Source: Minisyncoccota bacterium (lineage in GTDB: Bacteria > Patescibacteriota > Minisyncoccia > Phycocordibacterales > Phycocordibacteraceae). From it: a stretch of 64,000 bases of DNA. Below the pieces are notes generated by a model that made no database searches, was not told the DNA's origin, and saw only the letters and a list, made by a program, of their open reading frames with translations. Both the position numbers and the translations under genes were made by a program. The stretch spans positions 221,830-285,829 of the forward strand of contig JALHOO010000001.1 in assembly GCA_022842945.1 (NCBI GenBank), in the 5' to 3' direction. This document shows positions 28,087-38,641 of this stretch, piece by piece (the first letter of the stretch is position 1; each line of letters begins with the position of its first letter).

Positions 28087-29715
28087 CTAGACCGGAAGCT
28101 CAACGACAAACCGAGAGCCCTTTCCTTCTCCCTCAGACTCTGCCCATACCTTTCCGCCATGTGCCTCAATGATGTTCTTAACGATGTAGAGACCGAAGCC
28201 GGTGGACTCAACGTTAATCTTGGTTGAGTTTGCTCCGTGTCCGCCCTCTGTAAAGAGGTGGTCCATATCCTCTTTGGTGATGCCTACGCCTGTGTCTTCT
28301 ACCGTAAAGCGTACAGTCTTTCCTTCCTGTACAAGCTTCACGCGCACCTCTCCCTTCGGTGTGTACTTTATGGAGTTATCGATAAGGTTCTTGAACGCAT
28401 TCACCAGCTGACCCTTATCTCCCGGATACATGAGAGGCGCTGAGCCTGTATCAACGGAAAGCGTAAGATTCTTGGTCTCTGCGACTGGCTTCAGATCCGC
28501 CACCGTTTCATCTACCAGTAACTTCAAATCAAACGGTTCTTTGTTGTACGTAACCTTGCCACTCTTAATGTTTGCGGCATTAAGGATTTCTTGAATGGTG
28601 TTCACCCCCTTCGTGTCTGATTTGAACCCTTCCTCAACCATAGGCTTCATAGCTTCTGGTACTGGACCGAAATCCCCTTCTCGCATCATTGAGAAGATAT
28701 TTCGCGACTTAGTTACAAAGCCCTTAATCTGGTGCGTAATGAAGTGGATAAGCGTAACCTGCTGCTTGTTTGCTTTCTCAAGATCAGAGGCAAGTTTTTG
28801 AATACGTTCGCGTTGCTCAACTTCACGCCGTACGCCCTTGATGAGGAAATAGCCAATGATGCTGAAGAGTACCAGGTTAACAATGATAATCAGACGCATA
28901 TTCTCAACGGACCGTACAAAGAGTTGGAAGAACGTAAGGAGCCAAAGTGAGATAACTAATGCCTGCGCTCCCAGAATCTTTACATTAAAGGTTCTGAATC
29001 TGATTGTCGTATACGCTAGGAACGCGATAAATATAGGCATGCCAATCAAGCCTATCTGTGCAAGTTCCCAATCCTCGGTAAGGCTACCGATAATATTTCC
29101 GGAAGAGAACGCGATCAAGAAAATGATGATGCCTGTAGTAAAGAGCTTAATCGGCGCTCTATGCCCCGGTGTTCTTGCAGCCTCTCGAAATGCAACAAAC
29201 AGAATAGACAGTGCAATAAGTATTTGAACCGCGTAACTGTAGAAAATGATAAACGGAGCTTCAAGTGCATTGCAGTAAGCGATGTCTATACCCTGAAGAG
29301 CGTAACTGGTAGGTATAACCGCGACAATGGGTAGAATAATTAACGCGAGAATTGATATGAGTACTGGGTGTGGGTCCTTATTTGCTATGAACGTATACGA
29401 CAGGCAAAACGCAGATGCGTAAAAGAGTGCCTCGAGAAGAATCTGGATATTCCAAAGGAAAAGGACCAAATCAGGTCTGTTCGAAGCCCAAAGCAACGTA
29501 TCGATAACCGTCCATATCGAGAAAAGAAAGATAGTAACAAACAGCCAGCGTACCGTGCTGTTCTCTCGTATGCGTCCAATAAGGGCAAGGGCAAATACAA
29601 CTGCCGCTAGAATCGCAACCAGATGCGAATAATAGTGGAGTGAAGGGATGTTGGATGAGAAGAGGAAGTACAGCGGCGCCTCCCAGGGACAAAGTAAATC
29701 CATAGTCTCAAGCAT
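28087..29715 (-). CDS. Multi-TM sensor histidine kinase
   Basis: About 8-9 TM helices, H-box FITHQIK, NLIDNSIKY, DTGVGI and TGFGLY. Confidence 0.9.
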   Translation of the reverse strand: MLETMDLLCPWEAPLYFLFSSNIPSLHYYSHLVAILAAVVFALALIGRIRENSTVRWLFVTIFLFSIWTVIDTLLWASNRPDLVLFLWNIQILLEALFYASAFCLSYTFIANKDPHPVLISILALIILPIVAVIPTSYALQGIDIAYCNALEAPFIIFYSYAVQILIALSILFVAFREAARTPGHRAPIKLFTTGIIIFLIAFSSGNIIGSLTEDWELAQIGLIGMPIFIAFLAYTTIRFRTFNVKILGAQALVISLWLLTFFQLFVRSVENMRLIIIVNLVLFSIIGYFLIKGVRREVEQRERIQKLASDLEKANKQQVTLIHFITHQIKGFVTKSRNIFSMMREGDFGPVPEAMKPMVEEGFKSDTKGVNTIQEILNAANIKSGKVTYNKEPFDLKLLVDETVADLKPVAETKNLTLSVDTGSAPLMYPGDKGQLVNAFKNLIDNSIKYTPKGEVRVKLVQEGKTVRFTVEDTGVGITKEDMDHLFTEGGHGANSTKINVESTGFGLYIVKNIIEAHGGKVWAESEGEGKGSRFVVELPV

Positions 29716-29718
29716 ACC

Positions 29719-30564
29719 TTATAGTTTCCGCACCTGTGCGTTAAAGTTACGGAAACCTCCCCCGAAGTCGTATTTGATTAATACTTCTATGGTGTTCCCC
29801 TTCTGCACTTCAACGTCTTTCTCAAGCGGTAGTACAACGGGAGCGTTTAGTGCGGCCGTATCGCCTACCGTCGTTTGCTCATCAAGAACCGTCTCGCTCG
29901 TTATATAGACACTATTAACCGTACCCGACTCCTGAGCCTCGAAAGTCATCGTGGAATCGAATGAGAGAGGATTGACGGTGTGAAATGAGATTGAATTGAG
30001 CAGCTCTGTCTTTGTAAGGAGGCTCATATCAATGGTGCAGTGAGGCTCCCACACATGCCGTACCATGCGCATCATCAATCCGTAATTACTAAAATCAGCC
30101 TGTGCAAGGGCTATGAAGGTGTCCTGGCGCTGTGGAATGAAGCGAGTCTCGCTGGTAACGTAACCCTTCTTATGGAGGTTGTTCATTGTCCACACCTGGT
30201 ACTCATCAATCATGCCCGTAGTCAGCATTTCCATGATCACTACGTCAAACACAGTGTCCTTTGAAAAATTAACGTTCCGTACATCGCCGACAACGATATC
30301 GACAATATCGGAGAATCCGTTCTCTGCGACGTTCTGAGCTGCTAGTTTTGCGATGTACGGATCATATTCAACGGCATACACCTTCTTTGCACCTGCTCTC
30401 GCTGCCATAAGAGCCAATATGCCTGAGCCCGTACCTGAATCAAGCACCACATCTCCCGGTTTTACAATGCGCCCGATCACCTCTTCAAACTTCGCAGTCC
30501 TCTTCTTATCTGTCAGACACTGCGTTACAAGATCTATGGAACTAAAAGCCTCATCCATGTCCAT
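29719..30564 (-). CDS. SAM-dependent methyltransferase, PRMT-like
   Basis: CLTDKKRT, VLDSGTGSGIL, GAKKVYAVE, DVVIMEM and a C-terminal beta domain as in arginine methyltransferases. Confidence 0.8.
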   Translation of the reverse strand: MDMDEAFSSIDLVTQCLTDKKRTAKFEEVIGRIVKPGDVVLDSGTGSGILALMAARAGAKKVYAVEYDPYIAKLAAQNVAENGFSDIVDIVVGDVRNVNFSKDTVFDVVIMEMLTTGMIDEYQVWTMNNLHKKGYVTSETRFIPQRQDTFIALAQADFSNYGLMMRMVRHVWEPHCTIDMSLLTKTELLNSISFHTVNPLSFDSTMTFEAQESGTVNSVYITSETVLDEQTTVGDTAALNAPVVLPLEKDVEVQKGNTIEVLIKYDFGGGFRNFNAQVRKL

Positions 30565-30661
30565 ACAAATTTTTATTAGTTTCCAAAATCTTAATCAACT
30601 CGAGTATACGTACGTATTCTTGTTCCAAATAGTACCACAATATGTGTTCTAGTTAACGGAA

Positions 30662-31738
30662 TTACAAGTAGGACTGAAGCGTGCCCTCACGGCGTACGTC
30701 CAGGGTGGCGCAATGTACTGAGCCGCCGAACGGATAGAAATTCCTAAACGGAATTGGAATTGGTTCGAATCCCCAACTCTTAAGAGCGTCGATAAGCGGC
30801 TGCTCCTGCTCCTCAACGATTATCCTTTTCTCATCGATACTCAACGTATTGATCGTAAGCCAGTCGCTAGAGAAATAGAGTGCCTTGTCTTCTGATTTTG
30901 TGGGTTCTGGTGCAATGAGCACGTCCCAAGAATCAAAGAAAGGCGGAAGCTTCTTAACCCACTCAGGATTAATAAGAATCTTTCCAGGGGCAAGCGGAAC
31001 AATGGTGGTGTCAATGTGCATCGGATGCATATCTCCGAAGTCAACCTCGTGGATCGTGAATTCCGAACCAACGTGACGTCGCACCCACTCAATGCCCTTT
31101 TCGTTCGTAACATTGCTCTTCTGTACGAACACGTCCTTTCCACAGCGGATAAAATCCGCTGCATCAAACGCAATCTCGTTCTCCGTGATTACGAAGCGTT
31201 TCTTCCCGTCCTTCATCGGTTCATTTCGGTCGTAGGTCTCATCGTAAAAACCTTCGGCCATTGTGGACTTTGGAGCCACAAGCCAACGGCCTCCCTTGTC
31301 GAAGTACTCGTTCATGAGCGGTCGATAGGCAAGATGCTCAAAATAACGTGTTCTCCACGCCATAGGCGCTTCGATTATGGTGTCGCCAAAAACCATGAAC
31401 ACGTCACGTGGCATTGCAGCGTACAGACCGCGGCTCTTCCACCATGGGGTCTGAAACTCCTTCGAGAAATCCATAGAGTCTGGCCGTCTCACTGTTACGC
31501 CAAGCTCGGTTAGCACTTTAACCAATCCATCAAGCTCTACAGTAGCCTTCTCAATCATTTCGTCCGGAAACGGCTTCCCTCCGTACTCTCTGAAAAACCA
31601 CTCTGCATGTTCAGGAGTTATGGCCTTTACCGCTTCATCAAATACAGGAACTATCGCTCCCTCAACTGAGCCAACAATTACCTCCTTCAGCGGATCCCAT
31701 TCGTTACAAGACCAAACCGGGCGCGAGAGTTCTTTCAT
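30662..31738 (-). CDS. Amidinotransferase (glycine amidinotransferase/StrB1 family)
   Basis: NEWDPLKEVIVG, AMPRD, FDAAD, MHIDTT and GGSVHCAT. Confidence 0.9.
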   Translation of the reverse strand: MKELSRPVWSCNEWDPLKEVIVGSVEGAIVPVFDEAVKAITPEHAEWFFREYGGKPFPDEMIEKATVELDGLVKVLTELGVTVRRPDSMDFSKEFQTPWWKSRGLYAAMPRDVFMVFGDTIIEAPMAWRTRYFEHLAYRPLMNEYFDKGGRWLVAPKSTMAEGFYDETYDRNEPMKDGKKRFVITENEIAFDAADFIRCGKDVFVQKSNVTNEKGIEWVRRHVGSEFTIHEVDFGDMHPMHIDTTIVPLAPGKILINPEWVKKLPPFFDSWDVLIAPEPTKSEDKALYFSSDWLTINTLSIDEKRIIVEEQEQPLIDALKSWGFEPIPIPFRNFYPFGGSVHCATLDVRREGTLQSYL

Positions 31739-31747
31739 AACAGTAGA

Positions 31748-31945
31748 TTAAGGTTGTTCCTCTGGCTCAACAGAATCTTCCTGATCATCGCTCTCAGGAT
31801 CGAGCTCTTCAGCTTCAAGCTCGATTACCTCTTCCTCTGAATTAATTATTTCAAAGTCGCGCGTTACAAACGAACGCTGATACGTGAAATAGATAGAAGC
31901 ACATATTGCCAAGAACAAGCCAACGTAGATAAAAGTTGATTTCAT
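31748..31945 (-). CDS. Small membrane protein with acidic tail
   Basis: One TM helix and an acidic C-terminus; first gene of the cluster. Confidence 0.55.
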   Translation of the reverse strand: MKSTFIYVGLFLAICASIYFTYQRSFVTRDFEIINSEEEVIELEAEELDPESDDQEDSVEPEEQP

Positions 31946-32007
31946 TGTATAGCTACTCTAGTCCCCTTACTATACCACGCTTGATAAAAAGAGAACCCCT
32001 CCGCACA

Positions 32008-32634
32008 CTAGGTACGAAGGGGTCGAATGACCGCCAAGGCGAATACCGCAACCAGGCTGTGGGTAAGAAGGCCCACGACCGGATATGCAACTTCCTCAAT
32101 GGTGTCAAAGGTAAAGGCTGACGAAGTCAGGAACAGCACAAAGGCAGTGGTCCATAGGATCCACGGCATGAGATGCTCTCGCTCCCTTCCAGTCAGCAGT
32201 GCCCGGTACATCGGAATGAAGGCCACAACGGCAGTTGCCTGGAGCGCAAGGTTTGCTACCGCGGGCGGAGCAAGCTCGTGCGAGCCGAAGCTTAGCGACG
32301 CGGCGCTTGCCTCGTGCCATGACCAGACTCCGATGATGACAATGTCGACGAGCACAACGCACCAGTCGAACCTGTCGGGCCATGAGAAGCGCTTACGGAT
32401 GAATCCAATCACGAACGTAAGGATACTTCCGATAGCAAACGCGGCAGGCACAATCGATTTCCACCAGTCCTCGGTCATGTCGAAATATGACGCAAGGTCG
32501 AGAGAGTCACCGAAAGCCAGGATAATCCAAGTGCCCGTGCTTATCTTTTCTTCTTTAAGGTTGTATGCCGCAAAGGCGACAAGAACAACCAGGCCGGCTG
32601 CAATGTTGCAGCCGATCGCGATCTGTTCGGGCAT
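32008..32634 (-). CDS. Accessory multi-pass membrane protein
   Basis: About 7 TM helices, GGAGG RBS. Confidence 0.65.
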   Translation of the reverse strand: MPEQIAIGCNIAAGLVVLVAFAAYNLKEEKISTGTWIILAFGDSLDLASYFDMTEDWWKSIVPAAFAIGSILTFVIGFIRKRFSWPDRFDWCVVLVDIVIIGVWSWHEASAASLSFGSHELAPPAVANLALQATAVVAFIPMYRALLTGREREHLMPWILWTTAFVLFLTSSAFTFDTIEEVAYPVVGLLTHSLVAVFALAVIRPLRT

Positions 32635-32722
32635 GTCGCCCTCCCTGTAAGGTCCACGTAGCGGCCAATCCCGTTACATTACTACTATAGCACAGAACTA
32701 TATAAATTGCAAGTATGCGGGG

Positions 32723-34186
32723 CTAATCTCTAGGGCGCATCAACGGGAACAACTGCGCTTCTCGTACATCCTTGTTCGCAAGAAAACTGAAAAGTCTCTC
32801 TGAAAGTCCAAATCCAAACGCTGGCGGCATGCCGTACTCAAGTGCCTCAACGAAGTCCATATCAGCCATCTGCGCTTCGTCGTCTCCCGCATCGCGAAGT
32901 GCTTGCTGCTTCATGAATCGTTCCTTCTGATCTATGGGATTGTTGAGCTCTGAGAAGCCTTTGCCCATTTCGCTTCCGGCAAGAATAATCTGGAAGCGCT
33001 CAACAACCTTGTCGTTCTTCTCGCTCTTCTTTGCAAGTGGCTCAAGATAGACCGGTACACCAATAAGGAAACCAGGACCTGAGATAGTCTTTCGTACTTT
33101 CTTCCAGAGGAGATCAACACCACGTTCGATGCTCATGGTCTCTCCTTCTTTCTCAATACCTGCCTTTTGAAGAGCACTCTTAACCTCTTCAAGAGACGCG
33201 GTTAATGGATCAAGACCATACTCATTCTTAAGCACCTCACAGAAATCATACGTAACCCACTCGTCTGCAAGATTAACGGTGTGCTCGCCTATGGTGAACT
33301 CAAGAGTACCGAAAGTCTCCTGTGCGATGGTGCGGTACATATCCGTAACCATGCGCATACCCTCCTCATAGTCTGAGTAGGCCTGGTAGAACTCAAGCTG
33401 CGTGTAGTCCTGAAGGTGTTCGCGGGACATGCCTTCGTTTCGGAATATACGTCCAATCTCAAACGTCTTTGGAAGTCCGCCAACGAGAAGCATCTTCTGC
33501 CAGAGCTCTCCTGCTGAGATACGCAGGAACACATCAATATCAAGTGCGTTGTGGTGCGTAACAAAAGGACGTGCTTCTGCGCCTCCGGTGGTGTTCTCAA
33601 GCACAGGAGTCTCAACCTCAACAAAGTCACGCGCAAGTAAGTACGTGCGTAGCGAGTTCCAGAAGATTGAACGCTTCTTTGCATTCTCCAACACCTCCTT
33701 GTTGAGGAGCATATCAAGATACCTACGGCGGAACCGCTCGTCCTCGTCAGCAAGTCCGTACCATTCGTCAGGAATAGGACGCAGGGTCTTTGCAAGCATC
33801 TGCCAGCTCGACACCATAAGGCTCTCCTGCCCGCTCTTGGTGCGTATAGGTGTACCTGCCGCTTCGATGAAGTCTCCAGTGTCAACCGTATCAATGAAGA
33901 GCTCAAACATCTCTGCTCCAATCTCATCCTTCTTCAGGAACAACTGCATGCGCCCCGTACCGTCTTCAATATCAACGAATGAAGAGCCGCCATGGGTACG
34001 CATTGCGCGAACACGTCCGTTTATAACCAGACTTCCACCCTCTGTCTCTAGTACCGAAAAGCCGCCCAGAACCTGCCCAATCTCGTGGGTCCTGTTGGTG
34101 CGGTTCGGATAGGGATTTATACCCCTCTCCTCAAGGAGTGCGAGCTTCCGAAGACGCTCTGCACGAATTTCATCTAGTGCTGACAT
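32723..34186 (-). CDS. lysS: Lysine--tRNA ligase (class II)
   Basis: RRRYLD, GGAEARPF, FRNEG and YGMPPAFG. Confidence 0.96.
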   Translation of the reverse strand: MSALDEIRAERLRKLALLEERGINPYPNRTNRTHEIGQVLGGFSVLETEGGSLVINGRVRAMRTHGGSSFVDIEDGTGRMQLFLKKDEIGAEMFELFIDTVDTGDFIEAAGTPIRTKSGQESLMVSSWQMLAKTLRPIPDEWYGLADEDERFRRRYLDMLLNKEVLENAKKRSIFWNSLRTYLLARDFVEVETPVLENTTGGAEARPFVTHHNALDIDVFLRISAGELWQKMLLVGGLPKTFEIGRIFRNEGMSREHLQDYTQLEFYQAYSDYEEGMRMVTDMYRTIAQETFGTLEFTIGEHTVNLADEWVTYDFCEVLKNEYGLDPLTASLEEVKSALQKAGIEKEGETMSIERGVDLLWKKVRKTISGPGFLIGVPVYLEPLAKKSEKNDKVVERFQIILAGSEMGKGFSELNNPIDQKERFMKQQALRDAGDDEAQMADMDFVEALEYGMPPAFGFGLSERLFSFLANKDVREAQLFPLMRPRD

Positions 34187-34210
34187 GATGTGAATATCGT
34201 ATCACGGAGA

Positions 34211-36010
34211 TTAGGTACCGTTGCTGTCGTCCAGGAACCCGCCCGCCTGTATGCTCCACAGCTTCTGGTACAATCCGCCCTTGTTCGCCACAAGCTCGTC
34301 ATGGGTACCCTCAGCCGCAATCTTCCCGCCCTCAATAACCACAATACGATCCATAGTCATGATGGTCGAGAGGCGGTGTGCGATAACAATAACCGTCTTG
34401 CCTTCCATGAGTACGCGAAGCGCATCCTGAATCAAGGCCTCTGATTCCGAATCAAGGGCAGACGTTGCTTCGTCGAGAATGAGTATCGGCGCGTTCTTAA
34501 GAATGGCACGCGCAATAGCGACGCGCTGGCGCTCGCCTCCAGACAGCTTTACGCCCCGCTCCCCTACATGCGTCTCGTATCCTTCAGAAAGACCTTCTAT
34601 AAATTCATGGCAGTGTGCCTTCTTTGCGGCCTCTATAACCTCCTCGTCCGTCGCGTCAGGACGTCCGTAGCGGATATTGTCGCGCAGAGAGCGATGGAAG
34701 AGCATCGGCTCTTGCGGAACAAAGGAGATAGTATCGCGCAGGCTCTCCTGCGTAACCTCAGCGATACTCTGTCCGTCTACGCGAATGCTTCCTTCCGTTA
34801 CGTCATACATGCGTAGAAGGAGCTTCGTAACGGTAGACTTGCCGGCTCCAGAAGGCCCTACAAGCGCAATCTTTTCTCCCGCAGCAACTCGGAGATTGAA
34901 GTCCTCAAGCACTACACGCTCATTACCGAAACCGAATGAGACATCTTTGAGTGCAATCTCGCCCTTTCCTATGATTAAGGGCACCGCTCCCTCAGCATCA
35001 GTAACAGAGTACGGAGTCTCAAATATCTCTATCATCTCCTGCACATCAGCGAGTGCACTGAACAATCTTCTGATGCTGTTTCCGATATAGGAAATGCGTT
35101 CAATAAGGCCAATAACGTATATCTGGATGAGCACAAAGTCTCCCACCGTGAGCAGTCCCTGTTGCCACAGCATAAGCGCGCCAAACAGAAGACCTACTTC
35201 GATAATGACCGCAAAGAATCCCTGGATGCCCCAGATCCACCAGTCAGCTATATGTGTCCTCATAGCGGCTCGATACCAGTTACCGAGAGCCGCGCCGAGC
35301 ATGGTACGCTCGTGATTGCTTGCCGCAAACTGACTAACCGTTGATTGGTTGCTTATAGAGTCAGATAACACGCCAGTAAGGCCACTTTCCGCCTCTGCGC
35401 GAGCGACACGCAAAGGGTGCCTGTACTTTGCAACAAGTACTTGAATATAGATAAACAACGCCGCCCAGATAGCTATTACAATGCCGAGCATTGGACTGCG
35501 TTGCCAGAGAACGAAGATGGCACCTCCAAAGAATATGGCGGTTGAAAAGAAATCGAAGACCGCCGTTTCCAGGATCGAATCAAATGATTGCGCGTAACGG
35601 CTAACGCGTCTTTGCAGGGTACCTGCAAAGTTAGAAGTAAAAAACTGATGGGAATGCTTGATGAGATACGAGAACGCCTTGTCGTATAGGTCAACAATCA
35701 CTTTAGATTCCAAGTAGACAAGCGAAAGTATTTGAGTTCGGCCGACAATCCATCTCAGAACAAGCACTAGTGCATACATGGCCAGGATGCTTGTAAGAGC
35801 CGTTGTGGTAGCTCCTGCAGCATCGCTTGAGATGAGATTAATGAAATCCTTTATGAAGAGCGGCGCAATAACGCTGGCTATAGAAAAGAGAAAGCTCGAA
35901 GTAAGAAGTACAGAAAGGAGCCACGGATACTTCTTCGCCGCTTTGAAATAGTCCCGTATAACCGGGATAGACCGTCTTGGTCTCTTTGTGGTTTCTATAG
36001 GAGGCGTCAT
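34211..36010 (-). CDS. ABC exporter, fused permease/ATPase
   Basis: GPSGAGKS, LSGGERQR and ILDEATSALD. Confidence 0.93.
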   Translation of the reverse strand: MTPPIETTKRPRRSIPVIRDYFKAAKKYPWLLSVLLTSSFLFSIASVIAPLFIKDFINLISSDAAGATTTALTSILAMYALVLVLRWIVGRTQILSLVYLESKVIVDLYDKAFSYLIKHSHQFFTSNFAGTLQRRVSRYAQSFDSILETAVFDFFSTAIFFGGAIFVLWQRSPMLGIVIAIWAALFIYIQVLVAKYRHPLRVARAEAESGLTGVLSDSISNQSTVSQFAASNHERTMLGAALGNWYRAAMRTHIADWWIWGIQGFFAVIIEVGLLFGALMLWQQGLLTVGDFVLIQIYVIGLIERISYIGNSIRRLFSALADVQEMIEIFETPYSVTDAEGAVPLIIGKGEIALKDVSFGFGNERVVLEDFNLRVAAGEKIALVGPSGAGKSTVTKLLLRMYDVTEGSIRVDGQSIAEVTQESLRDTISFVPQEPMLFHRSLRDNIRYGRPDATDEEVIEAAKKAHCHEFIEGLSEGYETHVGERGVKLSGGERQRVAIARAILKNAPILILDEATSALDSESEALIQDALRVLMEGKTVIVIAHRLSTIMTMDRIVVIEGGKIAAEGTHDELVANKGGLYQKLWSIQAGGFLDDSNGT

Positions 36011-36057
36011 AAGTTCGTGATTATACCACGAACTTCATAAAACTCCTTATGGTCTAG

Positions 36058-36564
36058 TTAGCGCGCTGTTACGTAGGTGCCGACAAGTGGCGCCAAAAAC
36101 CACCAGAAGAAATACTTGTCCGGCGCAAAGAGCGCATCCAGTGAAGGCGTAAGCGGGATAACTGCAGCAATGTTCAATACGTGATATCCAAGCGCAAGCA
36201 CGAACCCTCCCGTAACAAGAGCAAGAAGAGAGAGTGTTAGTGGGTTGATCTGCATGCGCGCGGTAGACGCAATACGCCGCAGAAGGATGTAGGGGAAGAA
36301 CGTAAACACTGCAAAGAGCGCGATGCCAGCAACCGCACGCACCAAAGGAGTGTCGCCTACGATAAACAGCTCTTTGTATGGGAATGCCGTAAAGAGAGCG
36401 AACCCTACATAGAGCGCAAGGATAAGCGAGACTAAAAGAGATCTCCCTGCCCGAAGCGCAAAGAAGAACAGGAGGGCTGCAATAACAAGGAGAACGAGGA
36501 AGTTCCCGAAGAAGCCTACGATGTCGCTAAAGCCCCCTGTTGCAAATGCGTTGAGTGAATCCAT
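36058..36564 (-). CDS. Membrane protein
   Basis: About 5 TM helices. Confidence 0.7.
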   Translation of the reverse strand: MDSLNAFATGGFSDIVGFFGNFLVLLVIAALLFFFALRAGRSLLVSLILALYVGFALFTAFPYKELFIVGDTPLVRAVAGIALFAVFTFFPYILLRRIASTARMQINPLTLSLLALVTGGFVLALGYHVLNIAAVIPLTPSLDALFAPDKYFFWWFLAPLVGTYVTAR

Positions 36565-36616
36565 AGCTATAGGATAGCAGACACTCGCACGTATGAACGG
36601 AGGGTGTTGTGACTTT

Positions 36617-37681
36617 CTAGAGTCCTTCGGTGCGAAGATCCTCTATAGCCTTCTTCGCTTTGGAAGAGAGCTTCTTTGGAAGGGTTGCCGTCATGCGGAT
36701 GAGGAGATCTCCCTCATGGCTATCTATAACCACGCCCTTGCCCTTCAAACGAAGTGTTTGCTCTGCGGCGGTCATGGGAGGAATCTTAACCTCAAGCTTC
36801 TTGTCGTCGATGGTGGTGATGGACTCAGTGGTACCAAGGAGCGCATCGGTAAGCTTCATAGGCATCTGCATAACAAGGTTCATACCTTCCTTCTTAAACA
36901 CAGGATGCGGCTTCACGTGTACTTTTACGTAAAGGTCTCCGGACGCACCGCCCTTAACTGCCTCTCCCTGTCCTGGCATGCGGATCATTTCTCCCGCATC
37001 GATGCCCTTAGGAATCTGAATCTTTATCTCCTCTTCCTTGCGCAGTATTCCCTGTCCCGAACAGACCGGACATTTCTCCTTAGGAATCTTTCCGGCTCCC
37101 TCGCAGGAGGCACAGGTGCGTACACTTGTGAACGCACCAAGGGGAGAGTTGCGTGTCTCATGCATCTTCCCCTGCCCGTTACAGGTCTTGCAGGTGTCCA
37201 TAGACGTTCCCTTCTTCGCTCCCGATCCTTCACACGTGTCGCAGGTCCCAACCTTCGTCAAAAGCACGACGCGCGTAACCCCAAGAATGGACTCTTTGAA
37301 CGAGACCTCGATATCTATAGAAATGTCTCTCCCGCGCTTTGTGCGCTGGCGTCCTCCTCCAAAGATGTCTCCAAAGCCCTCGAAGAGATCGTTCAGGTCG
37401 AACTCAACACCGCCGTTCCCGAAGCCCGAGAACTGGGACGGATCAAACCCCCCATAGCCTCCCGCGCCTCCTCCCTGGAAGGTCTGGCCGTATGAGTCGT
37501 ACTCGCGGCGCTTCTTTTCGTCCGAGAGCGTGCTATATGCCTCGGTTATCTCCTTGAACTTCGCTTCGTCTCCACCCTTATCAGGATGGTGCTTCTGCGC
37601 AAGGGTACGAAATGCCTTCTTAACGTCCTCCTTTGAGGCCTTCTTGTCTACGCCGAGTATGTCGTAATAGTTCTTCGCCAT
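36617..37681 (-). CDS. dnaJ: Chaperone DnaJ
   Basis: HPD J-domain and four CxxCxGxG repeats. Confidence 0.97.
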   Translation of the reverse strand: MAKNYYDILGVDKKASKEDVKKAFRTLAQKHHPDKGGDEAKFKEITEAYSTLSDEKKRREYDSYGQTFQGGGAGGYGGFDPSQFSGFGNGGVEFDLNDLFEGFGDIFGGGRQRTKRGRDISIDIEVSFKESILGVTRVVLLTKVGTCDTCEGSGAKKGTSMDTCKTCNGQGKMHETRNSPLGAFTSVRTCASCEGAGKIPKEKCPVCSGQGILRKEEEIKIQIPKGIDAGEMIRMPGQGEAVKGGASGDLYVKVHVKPHPVFKKEGMNLVMQMPMKLTDALLGTTESITTIDDKKLEVKIPPMTAAEQTLRLKGKGVVIDSHEGDLLIRMTATLPKKLSSKAKKAIEDLRTEGL

Positions 37682-37791
37682 ATCTATCTACTATACGCTG
37701 GCTCGATTGCAGAGGCAAAAGTACGATTCATAAAAAGAAAACGGGCGATCCTCACAAGGAGAATCGCCCGTCTTTGAACCCGAAGGTTCTG

Positions 37792-38235
37792 TCAGCGGCC
37801 GTCGCGAAAGATGCGGCAGGACTCGCTGGTGCGATACCGCGGATTGCGGCACATCTCGCTTTCACGCTGCGCATAGCGGCGTGCAGCGATACGCTCGCCG
37901 ATGCATTCCCTGAAGCCCGCACCCATGATGGAGGTACAGTCGACGTAGAGGTAGCCGCGACGTCCCGAGCGATACCGACGCTCGTACTCGGCACGGTCTT
38001 GCAGAGCGGCCGCTTCTTCGGCTGAGACCGCCCGGATTTCAGCCAGAACAGTCTGGCCGTCGATGCGGAGGGTCTCGTACCATTTGCCGGAGCAGATGAG
38101 GTCCACCTGCCGGGGCAGGTTCTCCGCTCGCGCCGGTGCACGGCAAGTCGTGATGTCGAGCGCCGAATCCTGGGCCAGTGCCGGAGTGACAAAGGCGCAG
38201 AAAGCCAGAGCTATCGCGATGATGATCGAACGCAT
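37792..38235 (-). CDS. Secreted Cys-containing hypothetical protein (GC-rich accessory)
   Basis: Signal peptide MRSIIIAIALAF, GGAG RBS, terminator at about 37741-37771. Confidence 0.6.
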   Translation of the reverse strand: MRSIIIAIALAFCAFVTPALAQDSALDITTCRAPARAENLPRQVDLICSGKWYETLRIDGQTVLAEIRAVSAEEAAALQDRAEYERRYRSGRRGYLYVDCTSIMGAGFRECIGERIAARRYAQRESEMCRNPRYRTSESCRIFRDGR

Positions 38236-38367
38236 GGAAAGATCTCCGTGTTGCGCGTCCCGAAGGACCCAATTGACGTTGGGTTGATAATATACCATAA
38301 TCATACAAAAGTCAATGCCTTGTGGAGATAGAACGATGGGCGCTGGGAGAGTATCCCAGCGCCCATA

Positions 38368-38544
38368 TCAGCACATAACCGGCTTCTTCGTTGTTGCAGG
38401 GCTGCGACGAGCGTTCCAGACAGGCCTATGCGTTTGAACGTATAGCTCCACCGCAGGCATGTTCTTGATCAGCTCTCTGAGTTGATCGTTCTTTCGCTTG
38501 TCGTATGCAGCAAGCGCCTTGCGTGCTTTCCTCAGATTGACCAT
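38368..38544 (-). CDS. Small basic hypothetical protein (58 aa, MVNLRKARKAL...)
   Basis: Not in the ORF track. GGAGG RBS and a hairpin at 38336-38366 just after the stop. Confidence 0.5.
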   Translation of the reverse strand: MVNLRKARKALAAYDKRKNDQLRELIKNMPAVELYVQTHRPVWNARRSPATTKKPVMC

Positions 38545-38641
38545 AGCTCAACCTCCCTTTCTTCCTGCATCCTATCATTGACATTAGTAATAAAACAAGC
38601 CGGCTCAATTGCCGGCTTGTTTACAACACATGAGTCTAAGA

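Noticed and set aside
38411-38424. Minus-strand CTGTCTGGAACG resembling the type A core
   Set aside because: The match is short, in the opposite orientation, inside a small ORF, and its flanks do not match.
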